Counted from the first letter of the stretch, positions 40,036-51,215 are shown. The stretch is 64,000 bases of DNA from an uncultured Gammaproteobacteria bacterium (GCA_964411255.1 CAYPKD010000001.1:7331-71330), one strand, 5' to 3'. Notes: generated by a model not told the origin, from the sequence alone. A program made the numbers and translations.

Positions 40036-40725
40036 TCATAATACTTTATAGATTAAATGTAAATATGAATTTTTTAAACGATTAACTTTAATTAATTTTA
40101 ATGCTTTCAATTTTTTTAATTCACTTACTTTATGCAATGCCTTGCCATCCATCAAGGTGGAAGTTGTTTTACCGCCAACCAATATTGGCGCAATTACAAT
40201 TGAAACTCTATCGATCAATCCTTGCCTGACCAAGGTTGTATTTAATGTACCTCCTGACTGAATTGTCATCCGATTAATGCCAAATTCTCTTTTCAATTTT
40301 TGAAAAAGATTTGTGAAATCAATTTTTTTATATTTTATAACTGTAATGTTATTTAAATTCTTGCTTAATTTAACTGCCGGATGATTATTATTTGTTGTTA
40401 CTAAATACAGATGCTTTAACCATTTGGAAAGATATTCAACTCCAACTTTAGTTAAATGCGGTTTGCTGTCAATAATGACAAAACTGACTGGCATCTTTTT
40501 CGGCGCCTTTTTTCTTTTATTAACTCCAATCTTTGCCATCACTCGTCCGGTATTAAGTGAAACAATGTCTGTTCTCTTTTCCAAATCATAATACTGATGT
40601 AAGCCTTCTTTTACACCTTTAATTTTTTTCCAATCTCGATCAACATCCAAATCATCTGTGTCACCGCTGGAAATCTTACCATCCAGCGACATTATCATAA
40701 ATAAAGTTGTCCTTGGAAGATTCAT
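40036..40725 (-). CDS. Dihydrofolate reductase-like / RibD C-terminal domain protein
   Basis: LFMIMSLDGKIS ... MTIQSGGTLNTTLVRQGLIDRVSIVIAPILVGG; start trimmed to internal Met. Confidence 0.6.
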   Translation of the reverse strand: MNLPRTTLFMIMSLDGKISSGDTDDLDVDRDWKKIKGVKEGLHQYYDLEKRTDIVSLNTGRVMAKIGVNKRKKAPKKMPVSFVIIDSKPHLTKVGVEYLSKWLKHLYLVTTNNNHPAVKLSKNLNNITVIKYKKIDFTNLFQKLKREFGINRMTIQSGGTLNTTLVRQGLIDRVSIVIAPILVGGKTTSTLMDGKALHKVSELKKLKALKLIKVNRLKNSYLHLIYKVL

Positions 40726-40779
40726 ATCCAATAATTTTATATTCCGTAACATCTGCAATCTTCCGTAAGCCCTTAATCT

Positions 40780-41178
40780 CTACTCAGTGGTCTGGCCATC
40801 AAAATCTTCTTCATTAGCTTCAGCTTCTTCTTTTGTCTCCCTCACAATTTGATCCTTGTGATGCGCTGGTGAATAAATGGTATAAAGTTTCAATTCCTCA
40901 GAATCAGAAGTGTTAACCACGTTATGTTCAGCGCCTGCTGGAACAACAATTGCTGATCCATCTTTAACTTCATATTCATTGCCATCAATAATAACTTTAC
41001 CAGTCCCCTTTTCAAATCTAAAAAACTGGTCATTTTCCTCATGAACTTCCATGCCAATGTCTTCATTGGGCTTTAGTGACATTAAAACTAACTGACTGTG
41101 CTTTGAAGTGTATAACACTTTTCGAAAATTTGAATTTTCCAAAGTGTCTCTTTCAATGTTTGCATTAAATCCTTTCAT
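40780..41178 (-). CDS. Cupin domain protein
   Basis: Small beta-barrel with His motifs (MEVHEENDQFF ... AGAEHNVVN). Confidence 0.55.
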   Translation of the reverse strand: MKGFNANIERDTLENSNFRKVLYTSKHSQLVLMSLKPNEDIGMEVHEENDQFFRFEKGTGKVIIDGNEYEVKDGSAIVVPAGAEHNVVNTSDSEELKLYTIYSPAHHKDQIVRETKEEAEANEEDFDGQTTE

Positions 41179-41306
41179 ATTTTTATTTTATGAATTAATA
41201 CTATTTGATTATAACATATTGAACAAGCAAGACAAGTACGGCCAGTGCGACAAGTTTTTCAAATTTCAATGTAACACATCAAAAAAGACTGCATAATAAA
41301 TACAGT

Positions 41307-41699
41307 CTAAACTGGTATTCTTAGTTGAATAGGGGCAGGTTGATGATGATGACAATATTCATGTTCATCACAAATCGGCACGCCGCAGACAAGCGCTCCT
41401 GTATGACTACAGGGTTTTGTTGCCATATTACTGCAATCTGGATGTGAACATGCCCTCTTTGCATGCTCTTCACAAAACCCGCGTTCAACTGCGATTTTTG
41501 AGCATGGGTGGTAATCCCACTCGCTTTGCCATTTGCATAGTTTGCCTGATGCAACAAGTTTTTCTCTTTGTTTTTTTGCTTCATCTTCAGCTTCTCGCTG
41601 ACATTTTTCATTCAAACAATAAAATACAACGTCAGAACCATCTATAGTTAACTGAAATCCAATCAAATCATCTTTACCACACACCACACACTTGTGCAT
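41307..41699 (-). CDS. Cys/His-rich small protein (~130 aa), putative zinc-binding
   Basis: GGGAGGG RBS before MHKCVVCGK; 17 Cys plus His cluster CDEHEYCHHH. Confidence 0.45.
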   Translation of the reverse strand: MHKCVVCGKDDLIGFQLTIDGSDVVFYCLNEKCQREAEDEAKKQREKLVASGKLCKWQSEWDYHPCSKIAVERGFCEEHAKRACSHPDCSNMATKPCSHTGALVCGVPICDEHEYCHHHQPAPIQLRIPV

Positions 41700-41927
41700 C
41701 TTTTCCCTCCCGTGCCATGAGATAATATTTCTCATAGCTTATCAAAGGTACTTTATGTCCTTTCTGGACATTTCAAGCTTAGTTTATTATATATAATTAC
41801 AAAAGTAAATATGTAAAAATGTTTGACAAAATTTTCCTAATCCTGTATAATATTTGTAGTTTTTTTGAAAAATATTTGTTATTTGTAATTTCTAATTTCA
41901 GATTTCAAATTTCGAATTTAATTACAT

Positions 41928-42001
41928 TCGGAGGTCGTCTAATGGTAGGACTCCAGGTTTTGGTCCTGGCTATCCTGGTTCGAATCCAGGCCTCCGAGCC
42001 A
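41928..42001 (+). tRNA. tRNA-Gln(TTG)
   Basis: Acceptor TCGGAGG/CCTCCGA, anticodon loop UUUUGGU, T-loop GGTTCGAATCC, CCA encoded. Confidence 0.85.
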
Positions 42002-42111
42002 TAAAAGTTTCACCATAAAAGGTGTTTTTTTATTGACAAGAAGATTTATTTGTCTTAAGCTAGGAAAACATTTCTTTTTTTAGTAAAATTTGATAAAATA
42101 AAACTACGTAT

Positions 42112-43932
42112 ATGTCAATATTCAAGAAAAAAAGTTTTTGGATAATTTTGGTAATTATTGTAATAATTATCGTTATTGTTTTTGCAGCCAAATCCAGAAA
42201 GCAAGAAGAAGAAGAATATAATACAATAACCGTTGAAAGGCAGGATTTACTTCAAACTGTTGCAGAAACAGGCAAAGTAATTTCAGATCCTGATCTTGAT
42301 TTGAGTTTTCAAGCTGGCGGCGTTATCGGTAATATTTATTATGGTATTAATGATCAGGTCAGAAAAGATGATCTATTAGCCAGTTTGGAAGCAAATGACC
42401 AAAGCGCTTCTGTTGCCCGAGCTCAGGCAACTTTGGCTGCAGCTCAGGCTGCTCTTAATTTAAGGCTTGCCGGACCAATGCAGGAAGAAATAAATATTTC
42501 AAAGGCAAATGTTGAAATCGCCCAAGTAACACTGGAAACTTCACAAAACAATTTAGTAACGCTCGAAACTACTATTGAACAAAATATAAAAAATGCAGAA
42601 GTGGCATTAGAAAAGGCAAAAGTAAATTTAAATCTAATAGAAAACCAAACTGATATAAATCAACAAGTTGAAGATGCTTATGATAATATTTTTATTAGCT
42701 TAGGGACAAATCTAATAAGCATTTATAATGCAATCCAGGCAGCTGATTATGTTTTAGGCATTGATAATGTCACTGCCAATGATACTTTTGAACAATATTT
42801 GTCAATTAAAAATCCTCAAGATTTAATTGATGCTGAATTTAAATATCTTGAAGCAAAAGAAAGATATCAGGAAGTAAATAATTTTTACAATACATTAAAC
42901 ATTGAATCAGATCATTATTTAATAGATCAGGCAATAAAAGATATTGACAATGCTTTCCAATCTTCAGAAGAATGCTTAACCTCTACTCGCGGGGCTTTAG
43001 AAAACGCACTGGTCACTTTTACTTTTCCTCAAGCTACTTTAGACGGCTTAATCTTAAACATTGATACTGCCAGAACAAATCTAAGAGCAGCTATTTTATC
43101 TTTTGAAAATTACAAACAAGCTTTGACAACTGCGCAAAACGCATATGACATTGCCAATCAAGATTATGAAGCAGCTTTGCAAAATTTAGAAACTGTACAG
43201 GTTGAGTCAGAAAATCAGAGAAAAGCTGCTGAGCTTGATGTAAAAGCAAAACAAAGCTCACTAAACGCTGCTCAAGCAGAACTTGCACTAAAAGAAGCTG
43301 ATCCACGAGCAGTGGATTTGGCTGGTCTATATGCCAATGTTGATGAAGCCCGGGCAAATCTGGCAGCCAACCAATACTCTTATCAAAAAACTCAAATTGT
43401 TGCACCGGTTGACGGTATTATTTCAAAGGTTGAATATGATGTTGGTGAAAACATTGCCGCTTTTACACAGATGATGTCAATCATTACTCCATTACCAAAA
43501 ATCGAGGTTGATATTTCTGAATCAGACATTTCTAAAGTCGAACTAAATGATGAGGCAGAAATTACTTTAGATGCCTATGGCGATGATATTGTCTTCCCAG
43601 GCAAAGTAACCTTTATTGAACCGGCTGAAACAGAAATTGCCGGAGTTGTATATTATAAAATTAAAATTGTTCTCGAAGATATGATGGAAAAAGATATCAA
43701 ACCAGGCATGACTGCTAATGTAACTGTTACTACTGATAAAAAAGAAAATGTGATTGCCATTCCGCAAAGAGCGATTATTACGAAAAATGGAAAAAAAATT
43801 GTTAGAATATTAAAGCGAGGAGAAATCGAAGAAATTGAAGTACAGACAGGATTAAAAGGAGACTCAAATACTGAAATCATATCTGGCCTAAAAGAAGGAG
43901 ATGAAGTTATAACCTTTATCAAATCACAATAG
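42112..43932 (+). CDS. Efflux periplasmic adaptor subunit (HlyD/MacA family) with long coiled-coil
   Basis: N-terminal TM; long Ala/Gln-rich coil; C-terminal beta-domain; precedes macB-like genes. Confidence 0.65.
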   Translation: MSIFKKKSFWIILVIIVIIIVIVFAAKSRKQEEEEYNTITVERQDLLQTVAETGKVISDPDLDLSFQAGGVIGNIYYGINDQVRKDDLLASLEANDQSASVARAQATLAAAQAALNLRLAGPMQEEINISKANVEIAQVTLETSQNNLVTLETTIEQNIKNAEVALEKAKVNLNLIENQTDINQQVEDAYDNIFISLGTNLISIYNAIQAADYVLGIDNVTANDTFEQYLSIKNPQDLIDAEFKYLEAKERYQEVNNFYNTLNIESDHYLIDQAIKDIDNAFQSSEECLTSTRGALENALVTFTFPQATLDGLILNIDTARTNLRAAILSFENYKQALTTAQNAYDIANQDYEAALQNLETVQVESENQRKAAELDVKAKQSSLNAAQAELALKEADPRAVDLAGLYANVDEARANLAANQYSYQKTQIVAPVDGIISKVEYDVGENIAAFTQMMSIITPLPKIEVDISESDISKVELNDEAEITLDAYGDDIVFPGKVTFIEPAETEIAGVVYYKIKIVLEDMMEKDIKPGMTANVTVTTDKKENVIAIPQRAIITKNGKKIVRILKRGEIEEIEVQTGLKGDSNTEIISGLKEGDEVITFIKSQ

Positions 43933-43933
43933 T

Positions 43934-44665
43934 ATGGCAGCAAAAGTAAAAAAAGCGCTTATAGAATTAACTGACATAAAAAAAGAGTATGTAACTGAAG
44001 AAGTTGTGACCAAGGTTTTGCATGGAATAAATCTAACAATCAAGGAAGGTGAATTTCTTGGCATCATGGGACCTTCCGGATCAGGCAAATCTACTTTAAT
44101 GAATATAATTGGTTTCTTAGATCGGCTGACTTCAGGAAAATATAAATTTAAGGGCAAAGATGTCAGTAAATTAGATGATGATCAGCTTGCTGAAATGAGA
44201 AATTCAGAAATTGGTTTTATTTTCCAAACTTTTAATCTTCTTCCCAGGACAAATGTACTCGATAATGTAAAACTTCCTCTAATATATAGTAAAAAGAAAA
44301 ACAAAATTGAACTGGCAAAAAAGGCAGTCGAAGCAGTTGGTTTAACAAAAAGAATAAGTAACTTATCCAATCAACTTTCAGGTGGTGAAAAACAAAGAGT
44401 AGCCATTGCCCGGGCTCTGGTAAATGAGCCTTCTTTGATTTTAGCTGATGAACCGACTGGTAATTTGGACAGTAAAACAGGACAAAAAATTATGGAGTTA
44501 ATCGAGGATTTAAATGAGAAAGGACATACTGTGATTTTAGTTACACATGAAAGATATACAGCTGAGCATGCAGATAGAATAATTAAAATAAAAGACGGTC
44601 TAATAGTAGAAGATTATAAAAATCATGTAAGAAGAAGAGCCAAAGACGGCGAACTTGTAAAATAA
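43934..44665 (+). CDS. ABC transporter ATP-binding protein (MacB/LolD family)
   Basis: Walker [10 protein letters not shown], signature [15 protein letters not shown], Walker [12 protein letters not shown]. Confidence 0.85.
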   Translation: MAAKVKKALIELTDIKKEYVTEEVVTKVLHGINLTIKEGEFLGIMGPSGSGKSTLMNIIGFLDRLTSGKYKFKGKDVSKLDDDQLAEMRNSEIGFIFQTFNLLPRTNVLDNVKLPLIYSKKKNKIELAKKAVEAVGLTKRISNLSNQLSGGEKQRVAIARALVNEPSLILADEPTGNLDSKTGQKIMELIEDLNEKGHTVILVTHERYTAEHADRIIKIKDGLIVEDYKNHVRRRAKDGELVK

Positions 44666-44726
44666 ATCAAATCCCAATCTTGTAATATCTTGTATACAAA
44701 TCTTGTAAATCTCGTAACAAAATATT

Positions 44727-45968
44727 ATGGAATTCAAAGATGCAATTAAAATATCTATTAATAACTTAAGAGCGAATAAGGTTCGTTCTTTTTTAACAAT
44801 GCTCGGATTGGTAATTGGGGTAATGGCTATTATAATTATTATGTCAGTCGGCGCAGGAGCCCAGAGCCTGATTATTAATCAAATAAAAGGCTTTGGCACT
44901 AACATAATTACCATCATGCCCGGCTCCAGTGATGAAAGCGGTCCACCCACAGCAATAATGGGTATTACAATTACAACATTAAAATACGAAGACTCATTGG
45001 CGTTAGAAAAAAAATCAAATGTTGAGCATGCAGTCGCTGCATCTGCTTTTTTAACCGGCCAGGGCACTTTTAGCTGGAAGGATTCCAGTATTGAAACAAA
45101 TTTTACTGGTACTACTGCAAATTATCTAAACGTTGAAGAAGCAGAAGTCGAACGCGGCAGATTTTTTTCTAAAAGTGAAGAAAAAAGCATGGCCCGGGTA
45201 ATTGTACTTGGATCAGTAATCGCTGAAGATTTATTTGGTAATCAAGATCCAATCGGAGAAACAATAAAAATAAAAAAACATGCCTTCAAAGTTATTGGCC
45301 TAATGAAAGAACGAGGGGTAGTCGGTCTAGAGAATCAGGATAATAAAGCGTTTATTCCTATTTCAACATCACAAAAACTTTTACTGGGCGTTGACCATTT
45401 AGGATCAATACGAATAAAAATAGACAGCACTGAAAATGTTGATCAAAGTATTGAAGAGATAAAACAAACGCTCAGGGAACAACATGACATTGACAATCCA
45501 AAAGACGATGATTTTACAGTCAGGGCAGCAGCCCAGGCTTTAGAAATAGTTACCACCATAACTGATGCTTTAAAATTCTTTTTAGCAGCAGTTGGAGGTC
45601 TGGCTCTGGTAGTGGGTGGTATTGGTATTATGAATATTATGCTTATTGCAGTAAATGAAAGAATCAGAGAAATTGGACTTAGAAAAGCTGTTGGAGCCAG
45701 AAATATAAACTTAGTTACCCAGTTTTTAGCAGAAACCATTGTAATCACATTAATTGCCGGAGCTGTAGGAATAATAATAGGAGCGATAATCTCTGGACTT
45801 GTTGCCCTAGTGGCAAATTATCTTGACTATGACTGGGATTATATTGTATCTTTGCAGTCAATATTATTAGGCCTTGGCATATCATCATTAATTGGTTTGG
45901 TTTTCGGATTATACCCAGCAATAAAAACATCCAAAATAGAACCAATTGCTGCTTTACGATATGAATAA
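44727..45968 (+). CDS. ABC transporter permease (FtsX-like, MacB-type)
   Basis: N-terminal TM, periplasmic domain, C-terminal FtsX-like 3-TM bundle. Confidence 0.75.
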   Translation: MEFKDAIKISINNLRANKVRSFLTMLGLVIGVMAIIIIMSVGAGAQSLIINQIKGFGTNIITIMPGSSDESGPPTAIMGITITTLKYEDSLALEKKSNVEHAVAASAFLTGQGTFSWKDSSIETNFTGTTANYLNVEEAEVERGRFFSKSEEKSMARVIVLGSVIAEDLFGNQDPIGETIKIKKHAFKVIGLMKERGVVGLENQDNKAFIPISTSQKLLLGVDHLGSIRIKIDSTENVDQSIEEIKQTLREQHDIDNPKDDDFTVRAAAQALEIVTTITDALKFFLAAVGGLALVVGGIGIMNIMLIAVNERIREIGLRKAVGARNINLVTQFLAETIVITLIAGAVGIIIGAIISGLVALVANYLDYDWDYIVSLQSILLGLGISSLIGLVFGLYPAIKTSKIEPIAALRYE

Positions 45969-46039
45969 ATGGTTACAAGATGTACAAGATCAACATACGA
46001 GATAGTACAAGATGCTAAATCTAGTAATCTCGTAATATC

Positions 46040-47317
46040 TTGTACATAAATCGTGTAAATCTCGAAACAATGATAAAATCAAACTTCCAAATCGCAATCA
46101 AAAACTTAAAAATTAACAAATCCAGAACGCTGTTGACTGTTTTGGGTATTGTTATTGGAATTGGCGCGGTGATAACGGTTTTATCAGCCGGACAAGGAAT
46201 AAAGGGTCTAGTTCAAGGTGAATTAGCTGCCTTTGGAGACAATTGGGTTCAAATTGAAATAAAGGTTCCTTCTTCATCAAAATCTGAAACAGAGCAGGCA
46301 ACTTCTCTTGCTGCTGGTGTTGTTATCAATACATTGACAATTGATGATATGGAAGAAATAAAAAAAATTCCAAATATAACAAATGCATATGCAGGCAGCA
46401 TTAGCCAACAAATTGTAAAAAAAGGCGCTGAGCGCTCACAATCAATGCTTTACGGAGTATCTGCCAGTTATATAGATGTTGATAAAAGTGAAATGATGGA
46501 AGGTAGATTTTTCAGTGAGGAAGAAGACAGAGGCGCTGCCAGAGTGGTCATTCTCGGTGCAAAGGCAAAAACTAAATTTTTCGGAGAAGATGAAGTCTTA
46601 GGTAAAACAATAAAAATTGGTAAAGATAATTACCGGGTTATTGGCATCATGGAACCAAGAGGCGCGGTAATGATTTTTGACTTTGATGATATTTTATATA
46701 TCCCCATAAGGACAATGCAGAAAAAAATGCTAGGCGTTGATTATGTGTCAACAATAATAACTGAGGTTGACGATGTAAATAAAATAGATGAGACAGCTGA
46801 AGAAATAAAATTCATCATGAGAGAACAGCATGATACACCAACGCCGGAAAAAGAAGACTTTCGGGTCACCACCATGGCTGAGGCTCAAGAAATGATAGAT
46901 ATTATTCTCAATGGCGTTACTTTATTATTAATTGCCATTGCAGCCATTTCATTAGTCGTCGGTGGTGTGGGCATTATGAACGTCATGTACGTGGCTGTTG
47001 TTGAACGAACTTTTGAAATTGGCTTGCGCAAAGCTATTGGTGCAAAAAATGCTGATGTCATGTCTCAATTTCTCTTTGAAGCAATAATAATAACATTAAT
47101 GGGTGGAATATTTGGATTTGCAATTGGAGCTGGTCTGTCATTTTTAGTCAGTATTGGCGCTCAGCAAGCCGGATATAGCTGGGATTTTTCTCTTTCCATA
47201 ACATCAATTATATTAGCCATCGGATTTTCTGTAATAATTGGACTGATCTTCGGCCTTTATCCGGCAAAAAAAGCCGCCAAGCTTGATCCAATTAAGGCAT
47301 TAAGATATAAGCAATAA
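46040..47317 (+). CDS. ABC transporter permease (FtsX-like), paralog of previous
   Basis: Same architecture as 44727..45968 (LRKAIGAKNADV...IFGLYPAKKAAKLDPIKALRY). Confidence 0.75.
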   Translation: MYINRVNLETMIKSNFQIAIKNLKINKSRTLLTVLGIVIGIGAVITVLSAGQGIKGLVQGELAAFGDNWVQIEIKVPSSSKSETEQATSLAAGVVINTLTIDDMEEIKKIPNITNAYAGSISQQIVKKGAERSQSMLYGVSASYIDVDKSEMMEGRFFSEEEDRGAARVVILGAKAKTKFFGEDEVLGKTIKIGKDNYRVIGIMEPRGAVMIFDFDDILYIPIRTMQKKMLGVDYVSTIITEVDDVNKIDETAEEIKFIMREQHDTPTPEKEDFRVTTMAEAQEMIDIILNGVTLLLIAIAAISLVVGGVGIMNVMYVAVVERTFEIGLRKAIGAKNADVMSQFLFEAIIITLMGGIFGFAIGAGLSFLVSIGAQQAGYSWDFSLSITSIILAIGFSVIIGLIFGLYPAKKAAKLDPIKALRYKQ

Positions 47318-47344
47318 AAAAAGCTTACTATATTGAAGTAAGCT

Positions 47345-48094
47345 TTATACACTTTGTCCTTGCTTATAACTTGCTATATCTTCCTTATCAAATGTGGCAG
47401 TATCTTTCTCAGCCACTTTTTTTAATACATTATCCATTCTTTTTAGTACTTTCAAAATCTCTGCTTTAAGCGATCCCTGATTAAAAACCTGCTCGTCTAT
47501 TATCAAATACTTAACCCTCTCTTTAATTGCTCCTTGAACTGACATTGTATTTTCAGGGTCAGTTGGTAAAACCACCCAGGAAGGCCAAATACCAGTAATG
47601 AAAAACTGACAATCATTAAAATCTTTAGTTGATCTTAATACTCTAAAAATTTTTGGTGAACACATCAGGCTTTGAATACCAGATTGTTTGGCCAAGGCTG
47701 CTTGATTGGTTATTACCCTACATACTGAACTTGGAAATTGACCAGCTCCATTACTGGCAACCGGCGTATCAATAATCGCTACTGGAGTTGTATCAATCAA
47801 TCTTTGACGCAAGATTTTCATACTTGCCTGTCCAGTCCTGGCTAAAACAGTGATCATTTTTGGTGAATTTAACAGCATCTTATCAATTTCTTCGTTTATC
47901 TTTTCTGGATCACCAATTAATTTTGTATTGACCATTACATGAAAACCTAAATCATTTCGCAAATATTCAAACATCTCTGAATCATACTCTTCTAATAAAA
48001 ATGTTGAAATAAAACCTCGTAAGCTTGGCGCAAATTGCCTGACTTGCTCTATAGGCGATTGTAAAGAAACAATAAGCCGATCTGCTAAATTCAT
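47345..48094 (-). CDS. Orotidine-5'-phosphate decarboxylase-like protein (weak)
   Basis: LIVSLQ / VNTKLIGDP / FFITGIW loosely match PyrF motifs. Confidence 0.3.
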   Translation of the reverse strand: MNLADRLIVSLQSPIEQVRQFAPSLRGFISTFLLEEYDSEMFEYLRNDLGFHVMVNTKLIGDPEKINEEIDKMLLNSPKMITVLARTGQASMKILRQRLIDTTPVAIIDTPVASNGAGQFPSSVCRVITNQAALAKQSGIQSLMCSPKIFRVLRSTKDFNDCQFFITGIWPSWVVLPTDPENTMSVQGAIKERVKYLIIDEQVFNQGSLKAEILKVLKRMDNVLKKVAEKDTATFDKEDIASYKQGQSV

Positions 48095-48195
48095 GTTGTC
48101 CTCCTTAGCGAACTAAGCAAATACTCTTTAATTTTACCAAATATTATTAAAAAATCAAAAAAACTTGGCTTTTAGCCTTTTTTTTACTACTATAT

Positions 48196-48897
48196 ATGTA
48201 TATGTCAATTTTATCAGTAATAATTCCAGTTTTTAATGAAGAAAAACGAATTGGCTCCACTCTGCCCCAAATTCAAGGGTTTTTAAATTCAAAAAATATT
48301 GAGCATGAAATAATTGCTGTTGATGATGGCAGTACTGATAATTCTGTTGAAATTGTAAAGAAATTCCCAGATGTGCAAATTATAAAGCATGACAAGAATA
48401 AGGGAAAAGGCGCAGCAGTAAAGACTGGCATTCAAGCTGCCCAAGGCGATTTTATTTTATTTACAGATGCAGACAATTCAACTCCAATCGAGCAATTTAA
48501 TAATTTTGGGAATAAAAAAAATGAATATGATATATTAATTGGATCAAGATATTTGCCAAAAAGCAATATTAAGCTCAAACAGCCCTGGCACAGAAACATT
48601 ATCACCTTTTTTGGCAATAAAACGATTCGGATAATTCTGGGCATAAAACACAAAGATACTCAATGCGGATTTAAATTTTTCAAAAAAAATGTAGCAAAAG
48701 ATTTGATACAAAACCAAACCATAGACCGCTGGGGATTTGACATTGAATTATTATATTTAGCAAAAAAGAAAAATTATTCTGTTAAAGAAATTCCAGTCAC
48801 CTGGATTGACTCGCCTGACAGTAAAGTTAAGCCTTTTGACTTTTTAAAAACATTTGCTGAATTATTAAAAATTAGATTTACAAAATATAAAATATGA
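48196..48897 (+). CDS. Family 2 glycosyltransferase (dolichyl-phosphate glycosyltransferase-like)
   Basis: VIIPVFNEE ... DDGSTDNS ... TDADNS (DxD). Confidence 0.75.
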   Translation: MYMSILSVIIPVFNEEKRIGSTLPQIQGFLNSKNIEHEIIAVDDGSTDNSVEIVKKFPDVQIIKHDKNKGKGAAVKTGIQAAQGDFILFTDADNSTPIEQFNNFGNKKNEYDILIGSRYLPKSNIKLKQPWHRNIITFFGNKTIRIILGIKHKDTQCGFKFFKKNVAKDLIQNQTIDRWGFDIELLYLAKKKNYSVKEIPVTWIDSPDSKVKPFDFLKTFAELLKIRFTKYKI

Positions 48898-50051
48898 AGC
48901 CCGTAATAGTCCTCCACTTTGGCGAATTAATGCTCAAGGGTAAAAACCAATCTTTTTTTATAAAAATTTTAATACAAAATATTAAAAATTTTTTAGATAA
49001 AAAAAATTATAATAAAATTATTAGAAAAGAAGGTAAAATTGTAGTAGAAATAAGAGATGCACTATTCCACCCAACCTTAGTTGGCTCACTCAAAAAACTA
49101 CCTGGGATCTCTAATCTCGCTTTTGGTTATCAAACAAAGCCTGATTTAGATCAAATACAAAAAATCGCATTACAAATCGCTAAAGAGAATCCAGCCAAAA
49201 CATTTAAAATTCAAACCAGCCGATCATATAAAAAATTCACACTTAATTCAATGGAAGTTTCCAAACAAGTGGGCGGATTTGTCAAAGCTCAAACTAAAAT
49301 GCAAGTAAATGTTACAACGCCTGAACTTTTAATCAGAGTTGAGATTGCTAAAGATAAGGCCTATGTTCTTGGACCAAAAATCAATGGGCCTGGCGGTTTG
49401 CCAACCGGATCTTCTGGTAAAGTGATTTGCATGATGTCAGGCGGAATTGACAGTCCAGTGGCTGCATATATGATGATGAAACGCGGAGCTAATGTAATTT
49501 TATTTCATGCCCAAAACAAAACCATTACCCAAAAGCAAACTCAAGATAAAATCGAAAAATTAGCAGCCAAGTTGTCAGAATATCAAAAACCAATTAAACT
49601 ATATACAGTTCCTTTTGATCAAATCCAAAAACAAATCATTGCCAATACTGAAAGTTCGTACCGGATGATTATTTACAGAAGATTTATGCATTGCCTGGCA
49701 GATGAAATCAGAAAAAAGGAAAAGGCCAGGGCATTAGTAACCGGTGATAATTTAGCTCAAGTAGCATCGCAAACAATGGAAAACCTTATCTTAATCAGCT
49801 CGGCAACAGATTCATTAATTTTAAGGCCAATCATTGGATTTAATAAGCAGGAAACAATTGATCTGGCAGAAAAAATTGAAACCTATAAAATTTCAATCAT
49901 ACCTTATGCAGACTGCTGCTCATATTTAGTGGCTAAACATCCTCAAACTAAAGGCAAACTGGCTGATGTTGAAAAATTTGAGAAAAACATGGATATTGAT
50001 AAATTAGTTAAAGAGGCGATTGAAAATGCTGAAGTTAAATTATTTAATTAA
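48894..50051 (+). CDS. thiI: tRNA 4-thiouridine synthase
   Basis: THUMP-like N-region and PP-loop MMSGGIDSPVAAY. Confidence 0.8.
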   Translation: MKPVIVLHFGELMLKGKNQSFFIKILIQNIKNFLDKKNYNKIIRKEGKIVVEIRDALFHPTLVGSLKKLPGISNLAFGYQTKPDLDQIQKIALQIAKENPAKTFKIQTSRSYKKFTLNSMEVSKQVGGFVKAQTKMQVNVTTPELLIRVEIAKDKAYVLGPKINGPGGLPTGSSGKVICMMSGGIDSPVAAYMMMKRGANVILFHAQNKTITQKQTQDKIEKLAAKLSEYQKPIKLYTVPFDQIQKQIIANTESSYRMIIYRRFMHCLADEIRKKEKARALVTGDNLAQVASQTMENLILISSATDSLILRPIIGFNKQETIDLAEKIETYKISIIPYADCCSYLVAKHPQTKGKLADVEKFEKNMDIDKLVKEAIENAEVKLFN

Positions 50052-50140
50052 AGTAAAACGAGCAAGAAAGCAAAACAAGCAAGACGAGTTGTTAAATACT
50101 TGTTTTACTTGTCTCGCTCGTCTCGCTTGTCTCGCTATAT

Positions 50141-51061
50141 ATGTTAAACATCGCAGTTCTAGGAGGCGGCACCTCTTCTGAAAGAGAAGTCAGCCTCAAA
50201 TCATCAAAAAAAGTATTTGAAAACCTTGATGAATCTAAATACATTAAGGAATATTTTGATTTTCCGTCAGATTTGGATAAATTTCTTAAAGACTATAAAA
50301 AATTTGACGTAGTAATGCCAGTTTTTCACGGACCTGGCGGTGAAGATGGCACTATTCAAGGTTTTTTAAACACACTCGGCTTAAAATTTACATTTTCTGA
50401 CGTAGAAACGCATGCAATTGCCATGAATAAAAATATTACTAAAATAATAATGAATGGTATTGGATTATTGAATCCCAAATATAAAATGTTGGATTATAAA
50501 AATATTAAAAAACATGACATTGAAAAAGACTTTGGATATCCTTTTGTTGCTAAAGTTAACCGGGGTGGTTCAAGTATTGGCGTAGAAATTATAAATAATA
50601 AAGATGAATTTAATGAAAAAATACAAAATGTAATAAAGCACAAGCAAGATATCATGATTGAAGAATATATACCGGGCAAGGAAGAAACCGTTGCCATTTT
50701 GGGAAATGGAAATGATTCTGTTGCTATGCCAGTTACAGAAATACGTCCAAAAACAGAATTCTTCGATTATAAAGCAAAATATGATCCAGAATTTTGTGAT
50801 GAAATTTGTCCAGCGCCAATTGAAAACGACTTGGCAAAAGAATTGCAAAAGCAGGCATTATTAGTTCATCAAACTCTGGGCTGCCGTGGAATTTCAAGAT
50901 CTGATTTTATTGTTGCCGAAAATAATAAAATTTACTTTTTAGAAATAAACACCATTCCAGGAATGACCAATGCTTCACTCTTCCCTCAGGCAGCAGCAGT
51001 CAGCGGCTATGACTATCCTAAATTTCTAGATAAACTAATTGAACTAGCACTCCAGGAATGA
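50141..51061 (+). CDS. ddl: D-alanine--D-alanine ligase
   Basis: ATP-grasp; N-terminal IAVLGGGTSSEREVSLKS; C-terminal EINTIPGMT. Confidence 0.85.
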   Translation: MLNIAVLGGGTSSEREVSLKSSKKVFENLDESKYIKEYFDFPSDLDKFLKDYKKFDVVMPVFHGPGGEDGTIQGFLNTLGLKFTFSDVETHAIAMNKNITKIIMNGIGLLNPKYKMLDYKNIKKHDIEKDFGYPFVAKVNRGGSSIGVEIINNKDEFNEKIQNVIKHKQDIMIEEYIPGKEETVAILGNGNDSVAMPVTEIRPKTEFFDYKAKYDPEFCDEICPAPIENDLAKELQKQALLVHQTLGCRGISRSDFIVAENNKIYFLEINTIPGMTNASLFPQAAAVSGYDYPKFLDKLIELALQE

Positions 51062-51215
51062 CAACCTTTCTTGCCCTGCACCGAACTCTGTTCTGGTGCA
51101 GGGAGTTTATTACCCCAGCCTTCACTGCTCATACGTCATCCCCGACTCCAATCGGGGACCTCTTAGTAGTTGCAGTGCAGTAACAAAAAAAACCGCAAAC
51201 ATGCTTTGCGAATTT

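Noticed and set aside
50055-50140. Possible CRISPR array from clustered short repeats (GCAAGACGAG etc.); similar clusters at 55325..55440 and 45970..46070
   Set aside because: Repeats are 8-12 nt, irregularly spaced, arranged as direct-then-inverted copies with no unique spacers of regular length; no cas genes are nearby apart from the unrelated Cas4-like nuclease.
51063-51215. Possible ncRNA downstream of ddl (hairpins CCCTGCACC...GGTGCAGGG, CCCCGA...TCGGGG, CGCAAA...TTTGCG plus T-run)
   Set aside because: Most simply a compound Rho-independent terminator region for ddl, with no additional evidence for a discrete RNA gene.
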